Assembly (NCBI GenBank): GCA_052327205.1
Contig: CM126207.1
Coordinates: 218,178,001 to 218,242,000, forward strand
Reading direction: 5' to 3'
DNA length: 64,000 bases
Origin: Somniosus microcephalus
Lineage: Eukaryota
Both the position numbers and the translations under genes were made by a program. Of this stretch, positions 1 through 11,262 are shown in pieces; the stretch's first letter is position 1, and the number at the start of each line of letters is the position of its first letter. The notes under the pieces were generated by a model. That model saw nothing but the letters and a program-made list of their open reading frames with translations. It was not told the DNA's origin and did no database searches.

Positions 1-276
1 ATTTCTGGTCCATGTTTGGGGAGGGAGTGGGGAGGTTTAGTGAGAATGGAATTTGGAATGTAAATGGTCTTCCTGTTGCTATCACAGTAGATACAGAGCA
101 GCAGCCTCAAACAATATAGACACATCTGGGAGGTATTGCAACAAATGTGGCCTATCGGGCGCAGGAAGGCATGGGGGCTGGGAAGGAAAGAAGACAGCTG
201 AAGCCAAGAGGCTCCGACTTTCAGGCTCACAACAATTAAACAAGTTAAAGAATAATCCTGGTAATAATAAAAATAT

Positions 277-790
277 TAGATCACAAATTCCTTACGAATG
301 AGGAAAGCCATTCGGCCCATCGTAATTCATCCATCCAGAAATACCCTACAGTCCCCCTTTGAGGCATCTAATCTAGGCTTTTTGTCTTCACTACTCTATC
401 CAGGAGTGCATTCCAAATGTTAATCACTCTTTATCTGAAGAACTTTCTGAAATCAGTCCTAAATTCACTTATTAGTTTGAACATGTCCCCTTGTCCAAAT
501 CTCACAAGTTAATTTAAAGTAACATTCCAGATTGACTTTTTCCATTCCCTTAACTATCTGATAAGATCATTTTCCAGGCAGCTCTCTTCCAGACTATAAA
601 GCCTAAACTCTTCAGTCTTTCCTCATAACTTAGACCCGACACTCGGGGTCAACCACATGGCTCTTTTCTGCACTACTTTTGTGGCTCATTGGACATGTAC
701 TTAAGATGCAGTCTGGCCAGATCAACGTACAGTTTGATCACAACCTTCTCTGCCTTGTATTCTACTGATGTTACTAAGGATGTAAAAGTC
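277..790 (-). mobile_element. Highly decayed CR1-like LINE 3' fragment
   Basis: Degenerate similarity to the 3' ends of the better preserved CR1 copies in this window (gccattcggcccatc, ttccaaatgttaatcactct, cctcataact); boundaries approximate. Confidence 0.45.
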
Positions 791-1224
791 AGCAGCAAAT
801 TTCTTATGCTTTGACGATATACCTGGAGGTAGTGTATAATGTGCTTTGTTAGAAATCTTTCCTATCTGTAAAGATTATAAGGCAACTTTGAATTTTAAAC
901 ACCTTCATTAATGCAGAGGACATAAGTGGCACTGTAGCTCACCATTTTATAATGTCATGTATCTCCCCTTAAGTAGGACTAGTTGAAACGCTATTATAAC
1001 ATACAATGGAAACATAGGAATGTTGTAAAGGGAAAATCTGATTAGCAAAGTGAAGAAACATTAGTGTGTAATAAAAGACTCTACTTCTAAAAACAAACCA
1101 AGTCAACTGCAGTACTGTGCAAGCTTTTAAAGTGACATTAACGGTTCAATCTGACTTTTTGTAACAAAACTTTCTTTATCATAAATGCCTACATAACAAC
1201 AATAAACACACTTAGAAAGTAATT

Positions 1225-2800
1225 AATTTACTATGAAGTGGGTGGGAGAGAACGAGGCAACGGATGCATTTAAAAACAAGAAAGAGAATTTGAAATTTGA
1301 TGTGCTTGGGGAATGGGAGCAAATGTAGGTCAGCAAGAATAAGGGTGATGGGAAAGTAAGATTTCGTGTGGGATAAGATACGAGCAGGAGAGTTTTAGAT
1401 GAGCTGAAGTTTACGGAGGGTGGGGAATGGGAGGCCATGCAAAACAACAAGGAATAGACAGAGATTGGAGGCAACAAAGGCAGGAATCAGTGCAGATGGG
1501 CTGAGGTTGAGCTGGAGACAGGTGTTGGCATGGAGGTGGAATTAAGCGGACTTTGTGATGCAGAGAATATGGGATTGGATCTGCAGCTCGAAGTCGAATA
1601 AGATTGTGAACAGTCTAGTTCAACCTGAGACAGTGCCTGGAGAGGGGAATTGAATTGGTGGCGAGATGCAGAGTTTGTGACTGAGGCCGAAGTCAATGGC
1701 TTCAGTTTTCCCAATGTTTAATTGGAGGAAATTGTGGCTCATCCAAGATTGGATGTCAGATCTGCAGTTTGACAGACCAGAGGCTGTGGAGAGGTCAAGA
1801 AGATGGTAGTGAGGTAGCGCTGGGTATCATCAGTGTACATGTGGAAGCTGCCCCCATATCTATGGATGATGGTGCCAAGGGGAAGTGTTCTGGACTTATG
1901 GACCATTTTATATGCAGATAGCACCCTCTGGTGGTGGTTATGTGTTAGCAGTGTTTGTGTGGGAGGAGAGGTCATTTGACCTTTCTACCTTTCGTCCTGT
2001 GAGAGAGGTCATTTGACCTTTCTACCTTTCTTCCTGTGTGACCCAGGAAGTAGAATTCCAGGAAGTAGAATTCCAGGAAGAGCCTGGCTTGAGTAATGGA
2101 GAATTCCATGAGGGATTTGTAATCCAATGTAATCTGATCTTCTATGTTAGGCCAAGCGCAATATCTGTGAGTATCTTTGTTTGTTAGCATAATAGCAACG
2201 TTGTCAGAGTAGTATTTTGATAACACTATGTTTATAAAAGGTTAATATTTGGTAGTTACAGAAGTGAGTCCAAATGTTAGTTAGTTATACAATTAGTCTA
2301 TTCTACTGTTGTAAATATGTTATATCTTATGTAATATCGAATGTATAGTACTCAGTTTTATGTACAAAACATACTTTGTCTTTGTTTACAGTTTCACAAA
2401 TTTGTTCAAGTAAAGCTTCAAAACAGCAAACGGCTTCACGAGGAATTATTTTGAATAAGTGTTTAACTTGCTGGATAACTAGATAGGAGCACGTCTAGTG
2501 CGGCCAGTACAGGCAGCATGTAGATAAGAGAGCAGGAGCAGGGTCTTTGGACAAGATTAGCTCAGAGAGGGCATGGAGGAGATGAGAACAAAAGTAGAGA
2601 GAGTTTGGTTTTCAGGATTAGGGTGGGTGGAGTCTGGGAGTTGGCTTAGTGGACAAGGAGAATGGAGGAAAGGGGAAAAACAGGAGAGGCAGCTGAAAAG
2701 ATGGATAGTCATTTTTTATCCACCTTTTGGCCAAAGAACATGAGGGGCACAGGGAGTTAAAAAGAGAATTAACTGGATGAAAAAGAAAACAGAGTGGAAT
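1225..2800 (-). mobile_element. Decayed L2 LINE fragment, split by a solo LTR at 1886-2511
   Basis: 1696-1880 closely resembles the L2 at 53229-53420. ORF 1739-1975 contains FHMYTDDTQ (YADD-type RT motif). L2-like sequence resumes at 2512 (ggcagcatgtagat). Confidence 0.7.
1886..2511 (+). mobile_element. Solo LTR (626 bp)
   Basis: Termini TGTTCTGG...CCAGTACA (7/8 inverted match); flanks GGAAG/GGCAG (4/5 TSD match); it interrupts a collinear L2; internal tandem duplications at 1968-2079; AGTAAA near 2410. Orientation is inferred only. Confidence 0.75.
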
Positions 2801-3544
2801 GTTCACTGTCAGAAATATTACTGTAAACTATGTATGTTTTGGACCAACACATTTTGGAATAAAACTACTATTTCTTCAAAAAGGTATACAGATAAATTGT
2901 CCAGAAGATCAGATCAAACCAATCTGGCCTGTACTGCAGAGCTGTAGTGTGGCACCCTATAACAGAAGGTCTAAAGGGGGGTTATTTGCCAGTTTTCCCA
3001 CTATTCTGGGTAACTCAAAGCTTTTTAATCAGCAGATTAGGTTCCTTGTTCACTATTTCCTTTAGAGAAACAAGGCATTGAGTACAGATGGACCTGACTG
3101 TAGATATTGAGAGATCAAGTTGCACATCAAGGTATTTACCTGGAAGTTAGCTAGCTGATTGAAATACCACTCAGTAATAAACTTCCCTTTTAGGATTTGC
3201 TTGAATTTATAATCAGGTTTATGCCGCTAAGATAAACAAGATCTCTGCAATTTCAAATAGTGTAAAGCTTATTAATGAACACTTCAGCTTGATGAGATCT
3301 GCAGCCACTGAACACTTCTAACATGTTTGCAGGTAGGTTGTCTTCTTCGGAATATGTTCGCTGTTTATTTTAACATTAACCTTTATGGTGGCCCACAGCA
3401 GAAGCAATGTGTTATGTCCCATCTGTCAAGAAAGTACACATATGTTTGGTACTGGGGGGGTTTTCAACACTGAAAATGAACTGTAGTGGTACACGTCTTC
3501 CATCAATGCTCACACTAAGTACTGTAGTACTGTATTTTCTAGGT

Positions 3545-5071
3545 TTTTTAATTTGTTTATGGGATGTGGGCGTCGCTGGCAAGGCCAGCATTTATTGCCC
3601 ATCCCTAATTGCCCTCGAGAAAGTGGTGGTGAGCCGCCTTCTTGAACCACTGCAGTCTGTGTGGTGAAGGTACTCCCACAGTGCTGTTAGGGAGGGAGTT
3701 CCAGGATTTTGACTCAGCGACGCTGAAGGATCAGCGATATACTTCTAAGTCAGGATGGTGTGTGACTTGGAGGGGAACTTGGAGGTGGTGGTGTTCCCAT
3801 GTGCCTGCTGCCCTTGTCCTTCTAGGTGGAAGAAGTTGCGGGTTTGGGAGGTGCTGCCGAAGAAGCCCTGGTGAGTTGCTGCAGTGCATCTTGTAGATGG
3901 TACACACTGCAGCCACAGTACGCCGGTGGTGGAGGGAGTGAATGTTTAAGGTGGTGGATGTGGTGCCAATCAAGCGGGCTGCTTTGTCTTGGATGTTGTC
4001 GAGCTTCTTGAGTGGTGTTGGAACTGCACTCATCCAGGCAAGTGGAGAGTATTCCATCACACTCCTTACTTGTGCCTTGTAGATGGTGGAAAGGCTTTGG
4101 GGAGTCAAAAGGTGAGACACTCGCCACAGAATACCTAGCCTCTGATCTGCTCTTGTTGCCACAGTATTTGTGTGGCTGGTTAAGTTTCTGGTCAATGGTG
4201 ACCCCCAGGATGTTGATGGTGGGGGATTCGGTGATGGTAATGCCATTGAATGTCAAGGAGAGGTGGTTAGACTCTTGCTTGTTGGAGATAGTTATTGCCT
4301 GACACTTCTGTGGCGCGAATGTTACCTGCCACTTATCAGCCCAAGCCTGAACGTCGTCCAGGTCTTGTTGCATGCGGGCATGGACTGCTTCATTATATGA
4401 GGAGTTGTGAATGGCGCTGAACACTGTGCAGTCATCAGTGAGCATCCCCATTTCCGACCTTATGTTGGAGGGAAGGTCATTGATGAAGCAGCTGAAGATA
4501 GTTGGGCCTAGGACACTGCCCTGAGGAACTCCTGCAGCGATGTCCTGGGGCTATGATGATTGACCTTCAACCACCACAACCATCTTCCTTTGTGCTAGGT
4601 ATGACTCCAACCAGTTGAGCATTTTCCCCCTAATTCCCATTGACTTCAGTTTTACTAGGGCCCCTTGATGCCAAACTCGGTCAAATGCTGCCTTGATGTC
4701 AAGGGCAGTCACTCTCACCTCACCTCTGGAATTCAGCTCCTTTGTCCATGTTTGGACCAAGGCTGTAATGAGGTCAGTAGCCGATTGGTCTTGGCAGAAC
4801 CCAAACTGGGCATCAGTGAGCAGGTTATTGGTGAGTAAGTGCCGCTTGATAGCACTGTCGATGACACCTTCCATCACTTTGCTGATGAATGAGAGTAGAC
4901 TGATGGGGCGGTAATTGTCCAGGTTGGATTTGTCCTGCTTTTTGTGGACACAACATACCTGGGCAGTTTTCCACATTGTCGGATAGATGCCAGTGTTGTA
5001 GCTGTACTGGAACAGCTTGGCTAGAGGCGTGGCTAGTTCTGGAGCACAAGTCTTCAGCACGATAGCCGGGA
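3545..5071 (-). mobile_element. 5'-truncated CR1-clade LINE (RT C-terminal half plus 3' UTR), frameshifted
   Basis: ORFs 4551-5060 (NYRPISLL, QFGF, ALDIKAAFDRVWH), 3822-4451 (LTDDCT) and 3731-4246 (YKAQVRSVMEY); 3' end has AATAAA and an A-rich tail. Confidence 0.9.
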
Positions 5072-5348
5072 TATAGCAGTCTTTGGAGCTATTTTTTGTA
5101 ACAACTCACCTAGTTACCATTCTGACACCTATTTTATCAGTTACAATTACTGCAGAATAGTACTCCTGATTTGTTTCTGTTAGTACCTTCAATATAATTG
5201 AGAAGTTCTTATTTGCTTTATACCTCCTGTATTAAATAACATTCATTCACCTCATCAATGACTTAACCAAATGATTTGTCAGGGGCTACCACTGTCGTCT
5301 CACAAATAACTAATAAACAAGCACACTGTTGGATCAAGACACATAAAG

Positions 5349-5456
5349 AACAGAAATACTTGCATTTATATAGCATTTCACAGCCTCATGACCTCCCAAA
5401 GTGCTTTACAGCCAGTTAAGTACTTTTGAAGTGAAGTCACTGTTGTAATGTAGGAA
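5349..5456 (-). mobile_element. 3' tail of a DeuSINE/AmnSINE/SacSINE-like SINE
   Basis: cttgcatttatatagc...cccaaagtgctttacagcca...tacttttgaagtg..gtcactgttgtaatgtaggaa matches the known L2-related DeuSINE tail pattern. Confidence 0.6.
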
Positions 5457-5482
5457 TAAACAGTAGAGTTCTCTAACTCCAC

Positions 5483-5793
5483 TGTGGTAAACCACTTTTA
5501 TCGTTCACTATGGTTATCACTGTTATATCGTTACACTATGGTTATCACTGTTTACACTGTTGTATCACTACACGAGGTCGCCTCTTGTCACGCTGTTATA
5601 CCTGGGCTGACCACTGCTGACTCCGCCCATGGCTCCACCTACTTGCCCAGGTATAAAGGTGGTCGACTAGCTGGTATTCCTCCTTGTTGGATCCGATCAC
5701 CCACGAGGGTGGGCTCTGTTATTTAGCCAATAAAAACCTATAGTTACTGTCTTAACTCGTCGCTTTTCATTGGATGAATTGATAGGTATATCA
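5483..5793 (+). repeat. 5' LTR of Gypsy A1 (311 bp)
   Basis: TGTGGTAAACCAC...GGTATATCA; TATAAA at 5652; AATAAA at 5729; near identical to 9818-10139. Confidence 0.95.
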
Positions 5794-5815
5794 ATTTTAT
5801 TCGCTAAATTTTGAA

Positions 5816-8800
5816 ATGTCTTTAACAGAGCAGCCAAACGACCAGTCAGACGCCCAGCTACAACAGCCACAGCAGCCGGCCTGGCTGCGAGCCCTCCGAC
5901 CGCCGTACCTGGATCTAAACCCACAGGCAGCAAACTCAGCCCTCGACTTCAAACACTGGCTGAGCTGTTTCGAATCCTACCTGGGAGAATCCGGCATGCC
6001 TCAGAGATCCAAACTAAGAGTTCTGACCGCCCAAGTGAGCCCTAAAGTATTTGCACTCATCCAGGACCTTACTACATACGAGGCCGCCCTCAACCTGCTG
6101 AAAGAGCAGTACCGGAGCCCGGTAAATTCTATGTATGCCAGACATCTCCTAAGATCCCGCCCGCAACAGCCAGGAGAGTCTGTAGATGAATTTTTACGGG
6201 CGCTACAAACACTCGGCAGGGACTGTGACTTTAAAGCTGTAACGGCTGCAGAAAATACTGAAGAGAATATCCGCGATGCCTTCGTGAAAGGCCTTCGGTC
6301 CGACTACTCATGGCAAAGACTGCTCGAATCAAAGGACCTCGACCTGAACACAGCTGCAGCCCTCGCTCGCTCTCTGGAAGTGGCCCATCGGGACCTCGCG
6401 GCGTATTCCAGGTACTGTGCTGCGTGACCCTGGGACTCGGGCCCGACCCCGACCGCAATACCCCTCGCACCGCCGCCCCTGGGACCTACCTCAGCGTCGG
6501 CGTCCCGGACCCGATCGGGACCGCCACCCCCGGTACCGGCTGCGACATCGGAGCCCCGCGATCGGGCCGCCGGCTGCTTTTTCTGTGGCCAGGCGAAACA
6601 CCCGAGGGCGTGCTGCCCTGCAAGAAACGCGACCTGCTCCGACTGCCACAAGAAAGGCCACTTCGCGAAGGCCTGCAGGGGGAAAGCCACAGACGCCAGC
6701 AGTGCCTCATGCGAGTTGTGGGGGCGGCCATCTTTCATCAAGGCCACAGATGCCAGTATCCCCTCGTGAGAGTCGTGGGGGCGGCCATCTTTGATCAAGG
6801 CCACCGACACCGGCAGTGCCTCATGTGAGTTGTGGGGGCGGCCATCTTCTCCGCCATTTTATGCAACGTCGTGGGCACCGCCATTTTGTTCACCACACTC
6901 GACCGCCACCTTGTCTCCAGACCCGACCACAGCCTCACCCGCAGACTACAGCAGCTCGCTCAGCCATACACTAGCCTCCGTCACACTGGACCAAGCTCGC
7001 CCACATCACCTGTCCAAGTCCATGATGGACATCAAAGTAAACGGCCACGCCACGACCTGCCTGTTCGACAGCGGAAGCACGGAGAGTTTCATCCATCCAG
7101 ACACGGTGAGCCACTACTCCCTCACTGTCCAGCCAACGCGCAACCGGATCTCGATGGCGTCGAGGTCCCATTCAACAGACATCAGCGGATACTGTGTTGT
7201 GACCCTGTCGGTTAGGGGCACGGAGTATAAAAATTTTAAACTTCTCGTCCTGCCCCAACTCTGCGCTGCCGTCCTACTAGGGCTGGATTTCCAATCCCAC
7301 CTTCAAAGTGTCACTTTGGCATACGGTGGACCCCTCCCCCCACTCACAGTCGACAACCAACAGCCTTTAAACCGCCCACCGCGTACCACCTGCGGCCTAT
7401 CCACCCTCAGGGTTCCGCCCCCCTCCCTGTTCGCCAACCTCACCCGTGACTGTAAACCCGTCGCTACCAAGAGCAGGCGGTACAGCGCCGTGGACAGAGC
7501 TTTTATTAGCTCTGAGGTGCAGCGTCTCCTGAAAGAGGGCATCATCGAGAGGAGCAACAGCCCCTGGCGTGCCCAGGTCGTAGTCGTTAAGACCGGCGAT
7601 AAAAACCGCCTAGTCATCGACTACAGCCAAACCATAAACTGGTACACCCAGCTGGACGCATACCCACTTCCCCGCATATCTGATATGGTCAATCAGATTG
7701 CACAGTACCGAGTATTCTCTACCATCGACCTTAAGTCGGCCTACCACCAACTCCCTATCCGCCCCGAGGACCGCCAGTATACCGCCTTCGAGGCGAATGG
7801 CCGCCTCTACCACTTCCTTAGGGTTCCCTTCGGCGTCACCAACGGGGTTTCGGACTTCCAAAGGGAGATGGACCAGATGGTTGACCAGAACGGGCTGCAA
7901 GCCACGTTCCCCTATCTAGATAACGTCACCATCTGCGGCCGCGACCGGCAGGACCATGATGTTAATCTGGAGAGATTCCTCCGTACGGCCCAACGGCTGA
8001 ACCTCACCTACAATAAGGAGAAATGTGTGTTTAACACCTCGCGCCTTGCCATCCTCGGCTGCGTAGTAGAGAACGGAGTCATCGGCCCCGACCCCGAAAG
8101 AATGCGCCCCCTCATGGAGCTTCCCCTCCCCCACTGTCCAAAGGCGCTGAAGAGGACCCTGGGGCTCTTCGCCTACTATGCCCAATGGGTGCCGAATTAT
8201 GCGGACAAAGCCAGACCCCTCATGAAGTCCGCCTCCTTCCCCCTGACGGCAGAAGCGTGCGCAGCCTTCTCCCTCATTAAGGGAGACATTGCTAAGGCCA
8301 CAATGCACGCGGTGGATGAGTCTATCCCTTTCCAAGTGGAGAGCGATGCATCCGACTTCGCCCTAGCCGCAACCCTTAACCAGGAGGGGAGACCGGTGGC
8401 CTTCTTCTCAAGGACCCTCCAGGGCCCTGAGATCCGACACTCCTCGGTCGAGAAGGAGGCCCAGGCGATCATGGAGGCTGTACGACGCTGGAGGCATTAC
8501 CTGGCAGGCAAACGATTTACCCTTCTCACCGACCAGCGTTCGGTCGCTTTTATGTTTAATAACAAGCTGAGGGGCAAAATCAAGAATGACAAGATCTTGA
8601 GGTGGAGAATCGAGCTCTCCACCTATGATTATGAGATCTTGTACCGGCCTGGTAAACTGAACGAACCCCCAGATGCTCTATCACGGAGTACATGCGCCAA
8701 CGTGCAAATTGATAGACTGCAGACCCTCCACAACGACCTCTGCCACCCCGGAGTCACCAGACTTTACCACTTCATTAAGGCCCGCAACCTGCCCTACTCC

Positions 8801-9772
8801 ATCGAGGAGGTCAGGACCATGACCAGGAACTGCCAAACCTGTGCCGAATGCAAACCGCATTTCTTTAGGCCGGACAGAGCAAGCCTGATCAAGGCCACCC
8901 GCCCCTTCGAGCGCTTGAGCATCGATTTTAAGGGACCCCTCCCGTCCTCTGACCGTAATGTGTACTTCCTCAACATCATTGACGAGTACTCCCGTTTCCC
9001 CTTTGCCTTCCCCTGCCCAGACATGACCAGTACCACGGTCATCAAATGCCTGAACGACCTCTTCGCCGTGTTCGGGTTCCCGAACTATATACATAGCGAC
9101 CGGGGCTCCTCCTTCATGAGCGAGGAACTTCGCCAGTTCCTACTAGCGAGAGGTATTGCTGCAAGCAGGACCACCAGCTACAACCCCCGAGGGAACGGCC
9201 AGGTGGAAAGAGAGAACGCGACTGTCTGGAAGGCCGTTCTCTTAGCCTTAAAGTCTAAGGGCCTCCCGACCTCTCGCTGGCAGGAAGTCCTCCCGGCAGC
9301 GCTGCATTCCATCCGGTCACTGCTTTGCACTGCCATTAACGCCACACCCCATGAACGAATGTTTGCTTTCCCCAGGAAGTCGACTACGGGAACCACGCTA
9401 CCAACTTGGCTGACCTCTCCGGGGCCCGTCTTGCTGCGAAAGCACGCGGGGGCCCATAAAACGGACCCCCTGGTCGAGAGGGTGGATCTCCTGCACGCCA
9501 ACCCCCAGTACGCCTATGTGGCATACCCAGACGGGCGGGAGGACACAGTCTCCTTACGAGACCTCGCACCCTCGGGCATCCCTGAGACACCACCGTTACC
9601 CCCCACCACCCCCCCAAATCCAGCCCAGGTAGACGGCATGCCGGAACCCCACGAGCCTTCGCCGACCACGCAGACACCAGCATTAACATCGGATACTGCA
9701 TCACCGCCGCCGCTGCTGCGACGATCGGAAAGGCTTACGAGGCCTCCGGACAGACTGACATACCCGAACTGA
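5816..9772 (+). pseudogene. Single-frame gag-pol with two in-frame stops in gag; the pol portion 6791-9772 is open
   Basis: 5816 and 6791 are in the same frame. TGA at 6425 and 6767 correspond to sense codons in copy A2. Two CCHC knuckles, protease LFDSGS, RT (IDLKSAYHQ, YLDN), RNase H (ESDASD), integrase HHCC and DDE (IDFKG, SDRG, QVER). Confidence 0.93.
6683..6850 (+). repeat. About three 57-bp (19-aa) tandem units in the gag-protease linker
   Basis: Units of the type aaggccacagatgccag...gtgggggcggccatctttgatc (KATDAS..SCE.WGRPS); the same array is present in copy A2 at about 37270-37436. Confidence 0.85.
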
Positions 9773-9817
9773 TAGTACACTTCACCCCGCCGGACTCAAA
9801 TGTAAACAAGGGGTGAA

Positions 9818-10139
9818 TGTGGTAAACCACTTTTATCGTTCACTATCGTTACACTATGGTTATCACTGTTATATCGTTACACTATGGTTATCACTGTTTA
9901 CACTGTTGTATCACTACACGAGGTCACCTCTTGTCACGCTGTTATACCTGGGCTGACCACTGCTGACTCCGCCCATGGCTCCACCTACTTGCCCAGGTAT
10001 AAAGGTGGTCGACTGGCTGGTATTCCTCCTTGTTGGATCCGATCACCCACGAGGGTGGGCTCTGTTATTTAGCCAATAAAAACCTATAGTTACTGTCTTA
10101 ACTCGTCGCTTTTCATTGGATGAATTGATAGGTATATCA
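9818..10139 (+). repeat. 3' LTR of Gypsy A1 (322 bp)
   Basis: Differs from the 5' LTR by 2 substitutions and an extra 11 bp in the U3 repeat array. Confidence 0.95.
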
Positions 10140-10312
10140 TCCACAAAGGATCAAAAGGTGGCCAAATTGCAGCGTGTTTGAAATATAAATTACAACTGAT
10201 GTCCTGTCATTATATGCCACTGGCATATTTAATAAACTGGACTTTATATTTACAAAGCATGTTGAAGATGTATAGAGGAAAAACATTGTTACTGGACTAA
10301 CTTTACCTCATC

Positions 10313-10965
10313 ATAGAATCATACAAATTATAGCGCAGAAGGGCCATCACATCTGTGCTTGTACCGTCTCTTCAACTGGAGCTATCTACTCTAATTACAT
10401 TTCCTTACCATTTTCCCAAATCTCATTCAATTCTTTTTTTAAATACTTATCCAATACACTTTTAAATTATACAAATAAAAAAACTATAAATGATAGAAAT
10501 CCAAAACAAAAACAGAAAATTCTGTAAATACATAGCTAGTATAATTTTTCATTTATTCTGAATTGCTAATCTATCTTTTCTCTTTACAGGTGCTGACTGA
10601 CTTGCTGTGTATTTCCAACATTTTCTGTTTTTGTTTCCCTGTTAAATGATTTTATAGTCTCTGCCTCAATAGTCTCTAATGGTAAAACACATTCTAATGA
10701 CCCTCTCTGTCACTGTTGTAATGTAGGAATAAACAGTAGAGTTCTCTAACTCCACAACTCCTTCTTTCATTCTTTTAGTGGTAATCTTAAATGTATGCCC
10801 CTGGTTATCAATTTACCAGTGGAAATATTATTTTGCTATTTACCCTCAAACCCTTTCATAATCTTGAAACCTCTAATAGATCCCCATAATCTTCTCTGTT
10901 TCAGTGAAAAAAGACCTGACATTTTGAGTTTCCCTTCATAACAATACATTTTCATTCACTGAATC
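10313..10965 (-). mobile_element. Old CR1 3' fragment carrying a decayed Penelope-like insert (about 10470-10638) and a 49-bp local copy (10709-10757)
   Basis: Starts with the tail tagaatcata and follows the CR1 3' UTR/ORF2-end pattern; the insert resembles 42288-42472. Confidence 0.6.
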
Positions 10966-11262
10966 ATAGAATATTACAACACAGCAACAGGCCATTTGCC
11001 CATCATTTCTGGAGCAGTGTTTTTCTCCGCATAAACCCCCTGATCTAAACTTTTTCTCCCACTTGTTCCCTCTTTAAAATAATTTATAGACTCTGGTTCA
11101 ACAGTGGGTTGTTACAAAGAATTCCAAATTCTAACCACTTTCTGTGTAAGGAATTTTTTTTCCACCCTCCCCGTTACTTCTTTTTGTGATTATCTAAAAT
11201 GTTGTGCCGTCTTGTTATCTCTAACCACCCAGTGAGTACAACCTCCCACCATGTGCCCCATT

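Larger units (their letters stand above)
5483..10139 (+). mobile_element. Full-length Gypsy/Ty3 (Mag-like) LTR retrotransposon, family A copy 1
   Basis: LTRs 5483-5793 and 9818-10139 (TG...CA); TSD TCCAC at 5478-5482 and 10140-10144; PPT aaacaaggggtgaa; domain order gag-PR-RT-RH-IN. Confidence 0.97.

Noticed and set aside
3139-5226. Two minus-strand exon-like segments with AG/GT borders (about 3139-3225 and 5110-5226)
   Set aside because: Their open frames have incompatible phases (0 and 2) and the peptides are not recognisable; RNA-seq would be needed.
5497-5570. Short direct repeats that superficially resemble a CRISPR array
   Set aside because: Tandem U3 repeats without unique spacers, in eukaryotic LTR context, with no cas genes.
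5484-5726. Short ORF present in all family A LTRs (MVITVYTVV...)
   Set aside because: It begins upstream of the TATA box in the U3 repeats and is not shared with family B LTRs; it recurs only through LTR identity.
6425-6427. Programmed stop read-through between gag and pol
   Set aside because: Copy A2 has sense codons at both positions (CGA, TGT), so the stops are copy-specific mutations.
6231-9780. Many overlapping and antisense ORFs in the Gypsy elements, repeated in copies A2 and B
   Set aside because: Shadow frames of GC-rich coding sequence with no recognisable domains; they recur only because the elements are homologous.
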